In this document: in pieces, positions 1 through 13,134 of the stretch
How the letters are laid out: the number at the start of each line of letters is the position of its first letter
How positions within the stretch are numbered: position 1 is the stretch's first letter
Assembly: GCF_036321535.1 (NCBI RefSeq)
Contig: NC_087437.1
Span: 46,316,001-46,380,000 of the forward strand
From: Camelus dromedarius
Lineage: Eukaryota
Direction: 5' to 3'
DNA length: 64,000 nucleotides
Translations under genes and position numbers: made by a program
The notes under the pieces: generated by a model
The model's database searches: none
The model's input: only the letters and a program-made list of their open reading frames with translations
What the model was told of the DNA's origin: nothing

Positions 1-84
1 ACCTAGTTAAGGAAGGCGTGGAAGCTCCTGGCCTGGAAAGGCTGGAAATGACTCCACTGAGAGAGGGAACCCTGGGAGATGACC

Positions 85-190
85 CGATTTGTGGAGGGAA
101 GATTATGAGAGGAGCTTCCTTTGAAGTGACATTAAGACATCCAAGAAGAGACATCAGACAGGCAGTTGGATATACAGATCCCTGTTTGAG
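85..190 (-). mobile_element. L2 LINE fragment
   Basis: 'tttgaagtgacattaagacatccaagaagagacatcagacaggcagttggatatac' resembles the antisense L2 ORF2 consensus as recalled; boundaries approximate. Confidence 0.55.
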
Positions 191-1954
191 GCAGTTAACA
201 TTTTGTTCAGTAACTGAAATTTCTTGCAGCCCTGAACAAGTACATTCGGTGGGGGTCTGGTCTCTGCTTCTCATGCCAAAGGGAGGACTCTCGCGCCTCA
301 GGCTTCCAAAACAGGTTTTAAAAACACAAGGCAAATTATTCTCTTCTAGCCGTAATAGCTATACTTTTGGGAGCTACCACTGGACAATATTTGGAGGAGT
401 CCGCTAATTGGTAAAGAGGCCCAGTGAGTGGAATGTTTTAGACACGGTTAACTGACGGGACAGAAATGGCACACAACTCAGCAAATTTTAATTTTTCCAT
501 GAAATATATCACTAAAATAACAGGATGAGAAATTAGTGATCTCTAATTACTGTTTTTGTTTGTTTATTTGTTTTGTATCAGAGATAAAGATTAAAATACT
601 TTTGGAAAAGGCAAGTGAAGTACCACTTCTTTTAACCTTACAAGCATCCTCTGGACCTAATATAACTTTACTTCTCTTTCTGCCTCTTGAAAACATCTAC
701 TTTCTCTTGCCTATAAAATTTCTCAGCATTTTCCCTCGGCCTGGGAGGCCCTTGTGATTTGAGTATTAAAAATGTTTGCTGCCCTTTTCTTGCTGCTCAA
801 AATTCATCTAGGATCATGGGCCAGTGGCTTCCGTACTCAGCTGTCGTGCTCACCCACTAATTAGCTAGCTCTTCTGGATGAGAGCTTGTTGCTTTTTCTT
901 GGGACTGATGTCACTGTGCTGGGAAGCTCTGCACTGTCTTTTATTCATAGAGCCTCTTTTTTGCACCCCACCTTGCTTTAATTATTCAGACTTTTTCTAA
1001 GACTGAAAGAGAAAAGCTGATAGTGGTATCTCTTTCTCTAAAGGCTGGCTCTAATCCTGAGACAATTTCTTTCCAACTGGGAGAAAAGTTACCTTAGCAA
1101 CTAATTAACTCAATTAACTTTTCCCCTCCTCCTTTATCAATATTCAATTAACATTAAATCGCTTCTTTGCTAAGCTCTGTACTTTTATAACCTTCTGGGC
1201 AAATAGCTGAAGTGGACCAAGAATTGCAGAGGAGCTGGATGAGGAAAGGCTCAGAGGGGCCACAGTGTACAGCTGAAGACTCAGAACCTGAAGGCATCTC
1301 CTTCATCCCCCCAATCTTCCCTCGGTGTATTTTAAAACCCCTGGATGCAATTTAGATGCAGCAGTTGGGAATGGAGGGGACAGGGACAACACTCTGAAGT
1401 GGCCAAGTTTAAATTTCTAGCATTCAGTAGAATGAGGCTCAGGGCAGAAGTAGGTAGATGTAAGGAAAGACAAAGTTATATGTTTTGCATTTTGAGTTTA
1501 TGGACAGAGATTCATATTACAGTTGTGAAAAGTAGTGGTGGACAAAAAAGTGACACTTACCAAATTAAAAAACTGTTTTTATTATGAAGGTCAAGAAGTA
1601 AAAGGTAGATTTTCCCTGAAAGAATCAAAGGATAAGTGAACTGGATACTAGCCTTTCTCCCCCTCCTATTCCTGCAAGCTGGTTTGGAAATCCACCTCCT
1701 CCAAATGCAGAAATAAGTAGCTCATTTGGAAGTTCTCAGCACTACATCTGCCACTGCATTTGCTTCCTTAACCTCATTATTACCTGCCCTAGATATGTTC
1801 TCTATCCTGAACATGGCTTTATGCTTCTTATTGACATCATCCTTTCTGGGAATGAATGGGGGTAAGAATAAATGCATTTATTTTGTTCTGTCAAATTAAT
1901 CATTTAGGCAAAGTGAGTGAATTGATGTATATGAATGCAAAGGCATCTCAGTGA

Positions 1955-2170
1955 CCATTGTTGGGTGCTCACTACCTGGTACTCTAAGTACTTCGATGGT
2001 CGCATTAGGAAAACCCTAGGAAGTGGATGCTATTGCCCCTGTTTTACAGTGAGGGGGTTGAGGCTTGCAAATGTATGTACCTTGGTTAACGCCACATACT
2101 GAGTCACCAAAGATCTGGGATTGGGATCCATGTCAATTGAATGCCAGAGATATTTACTCGGTTACTAACT
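1955..2170 (-). mobile_element. MIR SINE
   Basis: Antisense MIR core 'tattgcccctgttttacagtgagggggttgaggctt...ccacatact...ctgggattgggatcc'. Confidence 0.7.
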
Positions 2171-2398
2171 ATGCTGCCCGCATGAGCAGGGAAAAGAATT
2201 GAGTTTCCTACTTAAGCACGTACCTTCAAATGCCAGGTACAGAGACAAGTTATCAAATAAAGCTTATGCCTCCAGAGGTAAAAGTCAAGTGTATAGAAGA
2301 TCCTACCTAAAATTCCAAGTGGTGAGATTCATCTCTCTGTCCATGGTTTACAACAGCTGCGTACACAGTGCTTGTTTATGCATGGCTAACTGTGGGAC

Positions 2399-2587
2399 TC
2401 AGAATTGCTGGATTTAGCAAATAAAGTGACATGGTGGCCATTTAGATTTAAATTTCAAATAAACAATAAAAAATACTTAGTATAAGTATATCCTTTGCAA
2501 TATTTGGGATATACTTATACTAAAAATTCATTGTTTATCTGAAATTCAAATTTTACTGGATGTCCTGCACTGTATTAGGCAACCCTA
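2399..2587. mobile_element. MER53 palindromic hAT-type MITE
   Basis: About 190 bp near-palindrome, 'gatttagcaaataaaa...ttagtataagtatatcc...ggatatacttatactaa...ggcaacccta', matching the recalled MER53 consensus. Confidence 0.85.
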
Positions 2588-2675
2588 CAGGGGCTAGGTT
2601 CTGTTACTGCAAAGTATGTGCTTATTCTTCACTGTCTTGCCTAACACTGAACCCTACTGCCCTGACTAAGACCAG

Positions 2676-2678
<3 letters not shown>

Positions 2679-2719
<41 letters not shown>

Positions 2720-2734
2720 TCACTCACTCACACA
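2679..2734. repeat. (CA)n microsatellite followed by (CACT)n
   Basis: Directly visible. Confidence 0.95.
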
Positions 2735-3699
2735 GCTGCCAACATGCACATCATGATCCAGAGCAGTGCCCAGGGAGGACATTTCATGTTGGGGTTTCCC
2801 CTTGGGCTGGTCTTTCCCAGAAACTTCTCCCTCCCATTTGGAGCTCCCTGGCTCAAGAGCCACACACTGTGAGCCAGGCTTGGTTCTCCTCCTTCTCCCT
2901 TATCTATATTTCCTTCCCTGATCCCAAACATGCCAATCACCACCATCACATTCAGCACATGTGATTCTGGAGTCAGAGTTTAGAGCTGGAAAGACTCATG
3001 GAAATTGTTTCACAAGTGAGGAAACTGAGGACCTCTAAGACAACAAAAATTGCTTGTTCAAAGTCACACAGCTAGAAAGAGGGCCAGGCTGGCACTGGAA
3101 CTGACCCTCAGCCAGAACTTTTCCTGCTCTGGGTGATTCTGCTTTACCACACTGGGATCAAAAGTCTACCTCTCTGCTTACTTCCACAACTCTCTCATCT
3201 TCTCTGATGGTGATAATAATGATCATGAAAATAGTTGATTTCTTCAGTTTTAAGCATTTTACACATAGCATTTTAATCACTAAAATAACCAATAAGGTAG
3301 CTATTATTTGTTGCTAAGGTTGATCCACTAGGTTTTCATGCTGCTAACTCTAATTTTTACTCTCCCCAAGAATGCCTCAAGAACAACAGAACCCATCTTA
3401 AAGTTGCAATAATTTTCAGAGAGTTTGGGAAGTACATATTTGTGCTTGTTAAGCCTGACAACTCTTCCCTTTGCTTCTTGTTTCCAAGGAGTGGGTTGAT
3501 ACTGCAACTGCAGAGGCAACCTATGTGACTCTGGTACTGATCCAACATACATAGTCCTCAGAGGCCGCCTAGATTTCACCCCCTTCACACACACAGAGGA
3601 ATTTCCTTTATCTTACACATTTGGAAGTAGTTGTATTTGATATGATTAATTTGGAAAGAGCTAGAAATTGATTGGACCACATGAGAGTATAATAATTAC

Positions 3700-3930
3700 T
3701 ACTATTTATTGAGCACTAACTATGGGTTAGACACCGTGTAAACTGTGTTACCGACTGTACCTCTAGTTCTCCAACTGCCGTGGAGACAGGCATTATTATC
3801 TCAGTTTCACGTAAGAGAAAACATGAGTCTCTGAGAGGTTGAGGAATTTCCCCAAGCTCACATAGGAAGTGGAAAAGTTGAGTATGGGACTCAGGACACT
3901 CCAACTTGAACGTCGATGTGCTTTCTAAAT
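3700..3930 (-). mobile_element. MIR SINE
   Basis: 'atttattgagcactaactatg...attattatctcagtttcacgtaagagaaaacatgagtctctgagaggttgaggaatttcccaagctcaca' is antisense MIR. Confidence 0.8.
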
Positions 3931-4286
3931 ATTATTGTTTATAAAGAAGTTGTGTAGTTGTATGTTTGGGGAAATACTTTATTTCCTCTTGGAGGTTCAT
4001 AATGCCTACCAGCATATTAAAGGCTGAAAATTCCTGTGACAAAGAAGTCTAATTAACTTTTTTTTTTTTTTTTTAGCTCAGAGTTGCATATAGAACATAT
4101 TTGATCAAAGAGATTGTTTTTTAAGGGTGCATCTATTAACAAGTGGGGGAACCAGTTTGGAATTACTTTACCCATCCCATAGTAGGGGCTATGGCTAAAC
4201 CTTGGATTATAAAAGACTTAACACGGTGCCATTGGAGGCTCAGTTAATGACCTTAAGAGGAACTATTACAATAAAAAGAAAAGGAA

Positions 4287-4421
4287 GTGCACGAGGTCCT
4301 GGGTTCAGGGTTCAATCCCCAGTACCCACATTAAAAAAAATTAAAAATAAATAAATAAACCTAATTATCACCACCACTCCCGCCCCCCCCCCCCCAAAAA
4401 AAAAGAGAGAGAGAGAGAGAG
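4287..4421 (+). mobile_element. 5'-truncated vic-1-like tRNA-derived SINE (camelid)
   Basis: 'gtgcacgaggtcctgggttca(gggttca)atccccagtacc' B-box region, then an A-rich block, 'aaacctaatta', a C-run and an A/GA tail; same layout as the copies at 48.6 and 52.4 kb. Confidence 0.8.
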
Positions 4422-4670
4422 ACTAGATTTTTTCAAAAGTCCATACAGGGTAGAAATAGAACCAATGCTTAGATGACACAGGGAGATAGATTTTGGTTCT
4501 ACTTAGGAAATCTTCCTAACAGAACTATCAAAAAAATGGACTAGATCACCCATTATTGGAAGTGAATGACTGTAGGCTCCATGGCTGTTGGTGAAAATAG
4601 CACTCTAACATAAGCTGACTGCTTGAATTAGATAACCTTTAAAGGTTTTTGCCAAGTAAGATTCTGTTTT
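4422..4670 (+). mobile_element. L3/CR1 LINE 3' end
   Basis: 'agaaccaatg...gagatagattttggttc...aggaaatcttcctaaca...ttgaattagataacctttaaagg...aagattctg' resembles the L3 3' end. Confidence 0.55.
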
Positions 4671-5147
4671 TATTTAAACTGGTTAATCTCATTCAAAATA
4701 TATCAGTTTAATGATAAGCAGTTGACTTGCCAGTTTATATTTGTCTCTACAAATATAAAAATAGCCAATTGTATAGCAGACAACAAATTATATGCCTGAT
4801 TTTTAAAACACCAATTTTTTGGCTGTGCGTACTATAGGATATTGATGCAAAAGTCCACATTTTCTTCCAGAGATGCATGTTCTTTTTTAGTGTGTTTCCC
4901 TTTACAAGGGACTGATTACTGACTTAATCAGGGACTTGGCATTGTTTTTAAAAGCAAGGCTGGTGGGGAAGGGGAGTGATTTTCTGTGGTGTTGGTGTGT
5001 CAAGGTTGGTGATTTTCTTCTGTGCAGATAAAGTAAATTTCTGAGAGGATAAGTCTAGGTTAGCAGGTGAAGTGTCAAACCACTTAGTTACATTACTTAA
5101 GCAAACTCACATTAAATATATTTACCGTGTTTAAAATTACTTATGCT

Positions 5148-5619
5148 TCCCAACAAACTATAGCCCACAGGTCAGATCTAGCTCTTGGCTTATTGTTGAA
5201 AAGCTCATGAGAATAGTTTTAATTTTTTTTTACAGTAAAAAAATTGAAGTATAGTTGATTTACAATATTGTGTTAGTGTTAGGTATGTAGCACAGTGATC
5301 CAGTATTTTTTTTCAGACTCTTTTCCATTATAGATTATTACAAGATATTGAATATAGTTCCTGTGCTATATAGTAAATCCTTACTGCTTATCTATTTTAT
5401 GTATAGTAGTTTGTATCTATTAATCCCATATCCCTAGTTTGTCCATCCTTCCCTCCCACTCCCCTTTGGTAACCATAAGTTTGTTTTCTATGTCTTTGAG
5501 TCCTTACATTTTCAAGGGTTATTTAAAAAAACAAAAGACTATGTAAGAGACCATACGTGGCCCAGAAAGTCTAAAATATTTACTGTCTAGCTCTTTATAG
5601 AAAAGTTTGCCAATGCCTG
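5148..5619 (+). mobile_element. MER58C-like hAT-Charlie element split by an L1 3' end
   Basis: Left arm 'caacaaactatagcccacaggtcagatctagc...gaatagtttt' and right arm 'tacattttcaagggtt...gagaccatacgtggcccagaaagtctaaaatatttactgtctagctctttatagaaaagtttgccaatgcctg'. Confidence 0.75.
5222..5502 (-). mobile_element. L1 3' UTR fragment (laurasiatherian/artiodactyl type)
   Basis: Poly-T followed by 'ttgaagtatagttgatttacaatattgtgttagt...cccctttggtaaccataagtttgttttctatgtctttgagt'. Confidence 0.9.
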
Positions 5620-5744
5620 TGTAATCAATAGAGACATTTCATATGACAGAGACCTTAGATTCTAGGCAGATAAAAAGTCTTCTAATTACAAATAACCTTA
5701 AATATATAATTATATATACTATACTGAAAAAAAAACTATATTTC

Positions 5745-7705
5745 CACTTCCAGAAAAAATGGAATAACAGGGACTGGTTTACCTTTTGAACTGAAACAAT
5801 TGGAAAAAGAAAAAACTCCAAATATATAAATGGGTTTCAAGACAGTGAATTATCAGCTACAAAGAACAGTAATCCCTGAAATGTGGGAAACAAACGAGGT
5901 GAGCTCTGTGGTGGCCCTCAGTTTACTGCACAGATAGAATTTCCAGGTCTTATTGCAGAGCGAGAGGACCCAAGAGGTGTCTGACAGCCTGTCTGAGTTG
6001 AGGAGACAGGCTGGGCACCTGAGAGGCCAAGGTGGCTTGCCTGCATGAGCGAGAACTAGATTGGACAGAACTTTGGAGAGAAGCAGAGTCCCCCTCAAGT
6101 ACTGATCCACACACGTGTGTGAAGGAATTATGTGAGTCTGAGGGAAAAACCATTCAAAAGAATTAGAAGAAACAATCCTTGGAGGTAGTGTAGGCTGGGC
6201 TGGGGTCAGTTTCTATTCCCACCAAACAGAGTAGAAAATCTCGTAATACCTGGGACCCTAGGTGGACTACTCAGAAAGGCTTTGCCTTAAGAGTAGGGCA
6301 AAATAGCCCTGGAATACTACTCTAGTCCTACCTCATGGAGTTTAAAGCAAGGTCCGAAAGGATTAAACTTTTAACATGTAACTTACTGGCATCCCAGAAC
6401 ACAACTCAAAAATACTTGTAGGAAAACAAAAATAACCAATTCTAAAAAGGTAAAATTTATGTTGGGCATTCAGTAAAAAAGATCACCATGTCAATTAAAA
6501 AAATGAGAACTTAACAGACATTTCATCAAAGAAGATACAGGGATGGTAACTAACCATGTGAAAGATGTTCCAATGCATTAGTTATTAGGGAAATTCAAAG
6601 TAAAACCACAGCAAGGTGCCACCATATACCTATTAGGATGTCTACATTTAAAAGGATTGTGTATACTGTTTTTGTAAGGATATGGAGCAACTGGATCTCA
6701 CATATATAAAATAGTATAAAATACTGAATATAAAATACTAAACCACTTTTGAAAACTGATGGTTTGTTATAACACAGTATTACCAGGCCTAAATACCTAG
6801 GTATTTACCCAAGAGAAATAATAGCTTGTATCTCTACAAAGATTTGTGCATGAATTTTCGTAGTAGCTTGATTTGTAATAACTGCAAACTAGAAACAACC
6901 CAAGTGCCCATCAGCAGGGTAACGAACAAATCACAATAAACCTGTATGTATGAGTTTGCTAGGGCTACGATAACAGAACACCACAGGCTGGGCGGCTTAA
7001 ACAACAGAAATGTATTTTCTGACAGTTCTGGAAGCAGAAGTCCAAGAGCAGGTGTTGGCAGGTTTGATTTCTCTCTTTGGCTTACAGATGCCTTCTTGCC
7101 TTGTCCTAACATGGTCTTTCCTCTATGTGTCACATCCATCTGTATATCCTAATCTCTTCTTATAAGAGCACCAACCATATTGGCTTAGGAACCAACCTAA
7201 CAACCCCATTTTAACTTAGGACCTTTAAAGAGGTAGTTATCTCCAAAGGCAGTCATATTCTGAAGTCCTGGAGGTTAGAGCTTCAACATATGATTTGGGG
7301 GTGGGGCGGGATGTGGCACAATCAGCCTCTACACTGTGGAATCCTACTCAGCAATGAAAAGAAACAAACTGTTGATACATGGGGCACAGTATGGGTAAAT
7401 CTCAAAATAATAATGCTAAATGAAGTAAGTCAGACAGGAAAGAGTACATACTGTGTGACTCCACTTATACAAAATTCTAGGAACTGCAAATCTAAAGTGA
7501 AGGAGATTATTGGTAGCACTGAATGTGAGGGGATTTGAAGAGGAGTAAGGGAGGACTAGAAGGGGCAGGAGGAAACTTTTGGAGGTGATGGATGGGTTCT
7601 TTTTCTTGGTTATGGTGAAGGTTCCATGGTTGTACCTATGTGTCAAAATGTTTCACATTGTACATTTTAAATATGTATAGTTCACTGCATTTCGACTACA
7701 CCTTA
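5745..7705 (+). mobile_element. Old L1 (L1MC/MD-like): 5'-region sequence, ORF2 C-terminus and 3' UTR, interrupted by MLT1B
   Basis: ORF2 C-terminal motifs at 6505-6935 ('aacagacatttcatcaaagaagatac', 'ctaggtatttacccaagagaaat', 'aaactagaaacaacccaagtgccca') and a 3' UTR at 7334-7705. The 5745-6490 segment resembles an old L1 5' end (less certain). Confidence 0.7.
6947..7333 (-). mobile_element. MLT1B MaLR solo LTR
   Basis: TG...CA termini, collinear with the recalled MLT1B consensus, 5-bp TSD ctgta (6942-6946) / ctgtg (7334-7338). Confidence 0.9.
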
Positions 7706-7871
7706 GTTTTTTTTTTTTTTTAACAAAAAGCTATGAAGTAGGTTATAGTTCTGTTTACAACCTGTGGCAGGCTTAAATTCACTTTGCTGTTTCACTATTC
7801 TAGTAATAATAATAAAGATACCTATTAAAAAATGACCTGTTTGTGTGAACCATCACTGTTTTAGTTTTTAA

Positions 7872-8400
7872 CTGTTGTGAGCACCTGCTCCTTTGTGCTG
7901 CACCCCCTGCCTCTTTCCTTCTGGAAGAAGCACATCCATTCTTTAGGTTACTGTTCCTTTCCTCACTCTAATCATGGAGATGCAGGAGGAATACCTGCTC
8001 CTCTAGACATGACTGATGGGTGGGCACTTGAGTCTAGTTAGGTCACTCCCTGGGGTTTTTCTTACTAACACTGGGATGAATTAACCCTTTCATAGAGGTA
8101 GAAGCTGTAGGATGTGGGGTTTTCAACTGGTGATATCCCTGTTTCCTTACACAGGGAGGGAGTCAGTGTGCAGTGAGAATGACGTCAACAGCAGGAGAAG
8201 CAGAAACGAGAGCTACAGAGGATACTGGCATTGTTTGAGGTTCCGGTTCTGGTTCCGTCTGTTCCTGAGAACCAGTGATATCCCTGACCTTTCTATGTTT
8301 TTCTTTTTCCCACTTTTCCTTATAGTTTGTGTGCTGATAATTTCCTCATTCATCAAGTTACTTTAAATTAGGCTCCTGACATGACAAATATTGTTAACAG
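7872..8400 (+). mobile_element. Old MaLR/ERVL-type LTR (MLT1-like)
   Basis: Degenerate LTR-like composition ending 'gataatttcctcattcatcaagttactttaaattaggctcctgacatgacaaa'. Confidence 0.5.
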
Positions 8401-11400
8401 TTTACTATGTATCTAAGAAATATATTTCTAATTTCTCTTTCTTTCAATGCCTGAGATCTTGGCATGACCCCGAATCAATAATTGGTGTAGGTCTTACCAA
8501 ATCAACACTTTCCTCTAACACTTTTATCAAATACCTGCTAAGCTCATGGCATTTTTTCCATGCTGAAAGGTATTCTTATCAAGAGTGCATTTAAACAGCC
8601 ACTCACGTTTTGAACAGCTAAGTAATTTTGAGGCTCCCCACTGTAAATAATTTTGTGGCAAAACTCTCAGGTGTACAATGCTGAAAAAAATATAGATGGA
8701 GCCCCACATTGAACTCATTAGAATTATGTGACCATGGGGAAATGAAGGCATTCAGTGATAACTTTCATTTTCTTAGAATCCTCTGGATTCTAAATCAGCT
8801 GTGGACCAGAAACTGGCCCCTAGACTTTATCTTTTATGGTAATGTACACCATAATCAAGAGAATGCTTTTTTGGGGTTCCAAGGAATTTTAATTTAATAA
8901 AATACTCTGAATTCAGTCATCCATTCTCCCCCTATTGGTGCAAACCAGTAGGAAGTAAAGAAACTAAGCACATATGATAGCTCTTCATTAGTGTTTTTGT
9001 TTTATCTTATTTATTTGTTTTTGTTTTTAATTTGCGTTTTGCGTTGCACATTGCAGCTGATGGGTTATTTTTCTCAGTAGTTTAAGGAGTAAAGACTGGT
9101 CTTCCCTGTCACTGGAGGGCTCTTTTTCTAGAGTGTGGTGGTGCTTCTTAAGAGCTGAATGCCAAGTACCCTCTTACCCCTCGTGTAGACTGAATAGTCG
9201 TGTGGAAAATGCCTTAGGAGTGATTAGATTAGGACATAGTAGAGTTCTAGGTAAATAGCAGGTACTTAATGAATCTCTATTAAGTGAGATGTATTCAGAA
9301 AATCTGTAACTAATATTCACATATGAAGTTACTTCTAAACTTACTAAGACATTCTTTAAAAATTAATAGCATAATAAAAAGTATATGCTTTGGAAAAGTT
9401 TCAAGTTTTTGCTGTTGTTGTTATCTTTTCCTCTTCTGGAGTAACCACAAATTTGTTTCTCTGCCTTTGAATGACAGTGCCTAACCAGAACTCTCCCTAG
9501 CTCATCCGTCCCAGAGAAGAGCTGTGTCTTCTATTTGAAAGTGCTATTTTTGTAACATTTTCTCTTTAACCGCTAAGACTCTTTTGTATCATTAAAATAC
9601 CTCTTGCATCTATCTCTCTCCTCAGTGAGAATCTAGCTAACACCCTTTTTCCCCCCAACTTAACATTTTAAAAATTATACATGTAATACATTTCCCACTG
9701 TTAAATGTGAAGAAATGAAGAAAAATAAATAAATAAAAAATCACTACTCATTTTCCTGCCCAACGTATTGTTAGGTTAATAGTACCACTTTTCCTTTTCT
9801 TCACCAACTCCTCCTGCTGATTTTCTTTCCCTCCTCTCTCTCTCTCTCTGTCTCTCTCTCACACACACTCGTGTGATGTGTTCCTCATTGTCATCAACTG
9901 CAATAGAAATGTACTCTTCATCCTGTATCATGAAAAGTTTCAATGTCAACAAAAACTCACACACAGTATCATTTCTAATGACAGCACAGCACTTTATTGT
10001 GCAGTTATACTTCAGTGTGGCTTCAGAAAAACTTAAAATACTAGTGAGATGAGGTATGGTTTTCAGAATGCCAGCTGGTCCTCCTTTCTCAGACTTGGCT
10101 ATGTCATGTCGTCTCACTGTCTCCATTTCCATCTAGAAGGCAAGACATTCTAAATTTACCTTGAACATTACACAGGGCTGTTGTGTGGGATTAATAAATG
10201 CTTGATAAAATAACTTAGGAAGTTAAAGTTGGAAGATTGGCCTGAGACACAATTGTGAAATAGAATGACTTTTGAGACTGAGCTTACTCATCTGTAATAT
10301 GCGGTAAGTGTCCATATCGTAGGATTGTCATGAGGACAGACATTAGATAGTGAGAGAAAGCACCAGCCACTGAGACTGACATCTAAAAAGAAGCCAGCAA
10401 ATGTTACTGTCTAGCCTGGGAGCCCTGCCTTCCTGCTCTGAGTTTTTCTTTTCTCTCCTCTTTGCTCTGTCAGTTCTTTTCTCTTTTTCCACCTTTGGTT
10501 CCCAGGGACCCTGTGTTCTCTCTTCTTCCTGTTAAAAGCCCAGCTTTCAGATCCTTACTTCCATACCACATATGTCAGTAATGATTAGGTACTTAAAGAT
10601 CATGTTACCAGGTAGTGGGTAATGTTCTAACTGGAATGTCAGATGTTTGCCATTGGGCAGGGCAAGATAAAAACCCAGTTGGTGGGGATTGATTTACCTT
10701 GCTTACCATGAGTGAGTCTACCATGATGGCCAGTAATAACAAGGTTGATATTCATAATATTTAACCAACTGGTTTTTCCTCATCAGCCTGGATGTTGACA
10801 GAAAACAACTGGTTTGGCCAGACAGTCTGTACTGGATGTATGTTGATCTTGGTAAATCATATTACAGACCCTTGAGTTCTTTGCTCTGTTACTGGGCCAT
10901 GTACTTCTATGGTAGCAGCTGTGGGCTGGTGGAAAGAATCTGGGATTTGAAAACATGAGGCTTCTGTTCACATCCTGCCACTGTCATTTCCTAGCTGTGT
11001 AATTTTGGCCTTAGTTTTCTCATTTCTGAAGGAGAATCATGTCTACTTCCCAGGGCTGGTTTGTTTTTGATGAGACTCAGAAGAGGCTTTTCTATGGAAA
11101 TGTTTCATAAGAAGAAAAATTAGCTGTGATTCAGGAGTTCCAGTCTCTGCAATGTGACAAAGATAGCACGAACAATGTACCCAAACTACAGATGAGGGAA
11201 GATTCCAGATTTAGTATGAAATGGTATTTCATATTTCAAGTCTTAGTGAGATGTGTATTTCTGGGTGTTTGAGGCGCTTTCTCATCTATGTAATAGGGTT
11301 TGTCCGAAATCATTGCTAAGTTTCCTTCTAAACCTTCAAATCTATGCTTTCAGGAGCCAGGGCTTTTTATTAGGCAATTTCTTTGGGGGAGTGTCGTCTT

Positions 11401-12377
11401 TGCCAGGCTGGCCAGACTCATTTTAACTGAGTACAGCTGCTTCAAGGCCAGTCTGAAATGATTCTGGTCTGAATCCAGGAGTGGCCTAGAAAATGAGAGA
11501 TGCAGACAAAAGGTTTCAGGTTTCTCAATCAGAATTTCCTGCGGCCCTACCAGCTATTGTGTGCTGCTTTCCCAGCTGACTCAACCCTGACCTGTCATGC
11601 TGTGCCTGATATTTATATTTCTGGAAATGGTTAGCCACATTACTAGGTAATAAGGTTGCAAATTCCAAGTCTCCCCTGTAATTCAGGTCAGATGTTGTCC
11701 TGGGAGTGGGTGGGAAGGCAGAGAGGCCAAAATTGAGGTTGCTGTGCTTGAGGGCAGATGACGAGATCGTGCCTGGCTGGCTGCAATATTCGGTGGCACT
11801 TATTTGTACTTTGGGGAAGGGGCTAGTGAGCTCTTAGCTCAAGTTTCCTCGTTTATGATTTAAATTTATGTTGCACTTGAATTTTTTCAATTCTTAGGAC
11901 CGCATATTTAATAGAATTTGCCTTTTAAAAATAGAATATTAGTATGAGGAGAGAATCGAGAGGTTAAATAATGCAGCCCACTCTGTAGAGATGAGGGGAG
12001 ACACATGGAGAAAGCATCCTTGACTCGCTCAAGGCCACAGAGCTGCTAAGTGGAAGAGTCAGGTCTAAAGGGCCAAGTTCCTGATTCCAAGTCAGCTGCT
12101 TATTTCAGAACCCTCTTCTGTGCTGCTTCCTGTTGGCGTGGTTTGTCCTTGGACACCTCTGATGTTCTCTGTTGGCTTCATCAATCTATTTGTTGTAAAT
12201 AAGCACTATTGTTCTCAACATATACATCCTGGGACATGATCCACAGACAGGGATCTAAAAGTGCTCAGGGTGTGGCAAAATAAACAAACAAAACACAAAA
12301 AACAAATCCTGGGAAGGAGGAGAAGGACAGAGGAATGAAAGGGGCTGTGGTAGTTTGCTGGAGGTGACAGAACTCAC

Positions 12378-12995
12378 GCTGACACAGGTGCAGTTTCAGT
12401 GGCTAAGGCAGCACAGCCATGGCTTTTAATTTTAAGTCCTCTCTTGGGGTGCCCAGGGTGGGGAGCTGGCTGTCTCCTCTCCTTTGCTCCTCTCCTAAGG
12501 GTACCTGGAGGAGGAGGGTTTGTCAGTTGAAAGACCCCACCAAGACTCCCCTCAGGCTGTTTAGACTCTGCCAGGAGCTGACTTGCGATTGCTGGAGCTG
12601 CCTGGTCAGCTTCACGTTCCTGACGTCTGGTAATGGGGAGGAACAAAGGGTAGGAGGCCACGTAGGGAACAGACGAGCCCTTTGGCTGGAAAGTGAAACA
12701 GGGCAGGAGCAGTGGCTCCAGCAGGAAGACGCAGAGACACACACTCAGATGACGCATGTCCTGACACATCCCGCACTCTCACTGGTACACTCATGCACAC
12801 AGCAGTGGGAGGCAGCCAGAGCCCGCAAAGCCGTGCTATCCCAAGCCTAAGTCGCCTTCCCTGGCTCCTCCACGAAGCTGGATAAACTGCCATGCACTCC
12901 ACTGACGTGGAGGCCCACAACCCTGCTGTAGAAGAGCTCAGAGTCTAGAGAAGGGAGCACTGTGTGGCCTGGCGTGCTTCCCAAGTCTCCCAACG
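12378..12995. promoter_or_regulatory. CpG-retaining GC-rich promoter/enhancer candidate with ISRE and CRE motifs
   Basis: About 15 CpGs in ~420 bp (12580-12995) against a depleted background; GGAAAGTGAAAC at 12688-12699; TGACG cores at 12621, 12750 and 12903. Confidence 0.55.
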
Positions 12996-13134
12996 TGGGA
13001 ATCACCTATGCCTGTTGCTCAGTGTGCAGTTTCTGCTGTTTCCCAGGTCCCAGGGGGAGTCTGAAGGGGCTTGGGCATCTCCTTGAGCACGCTATCAAAG
13101 TGATTCTGGAAAGAGGCATGTTTGGGGAAACACT

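Noticed and set aside
12374..12850. Overlapping 131-aa (-) and 143-aa (+) ORFs
   Set aside because: Explained by local GC richness; no recognisable domain.
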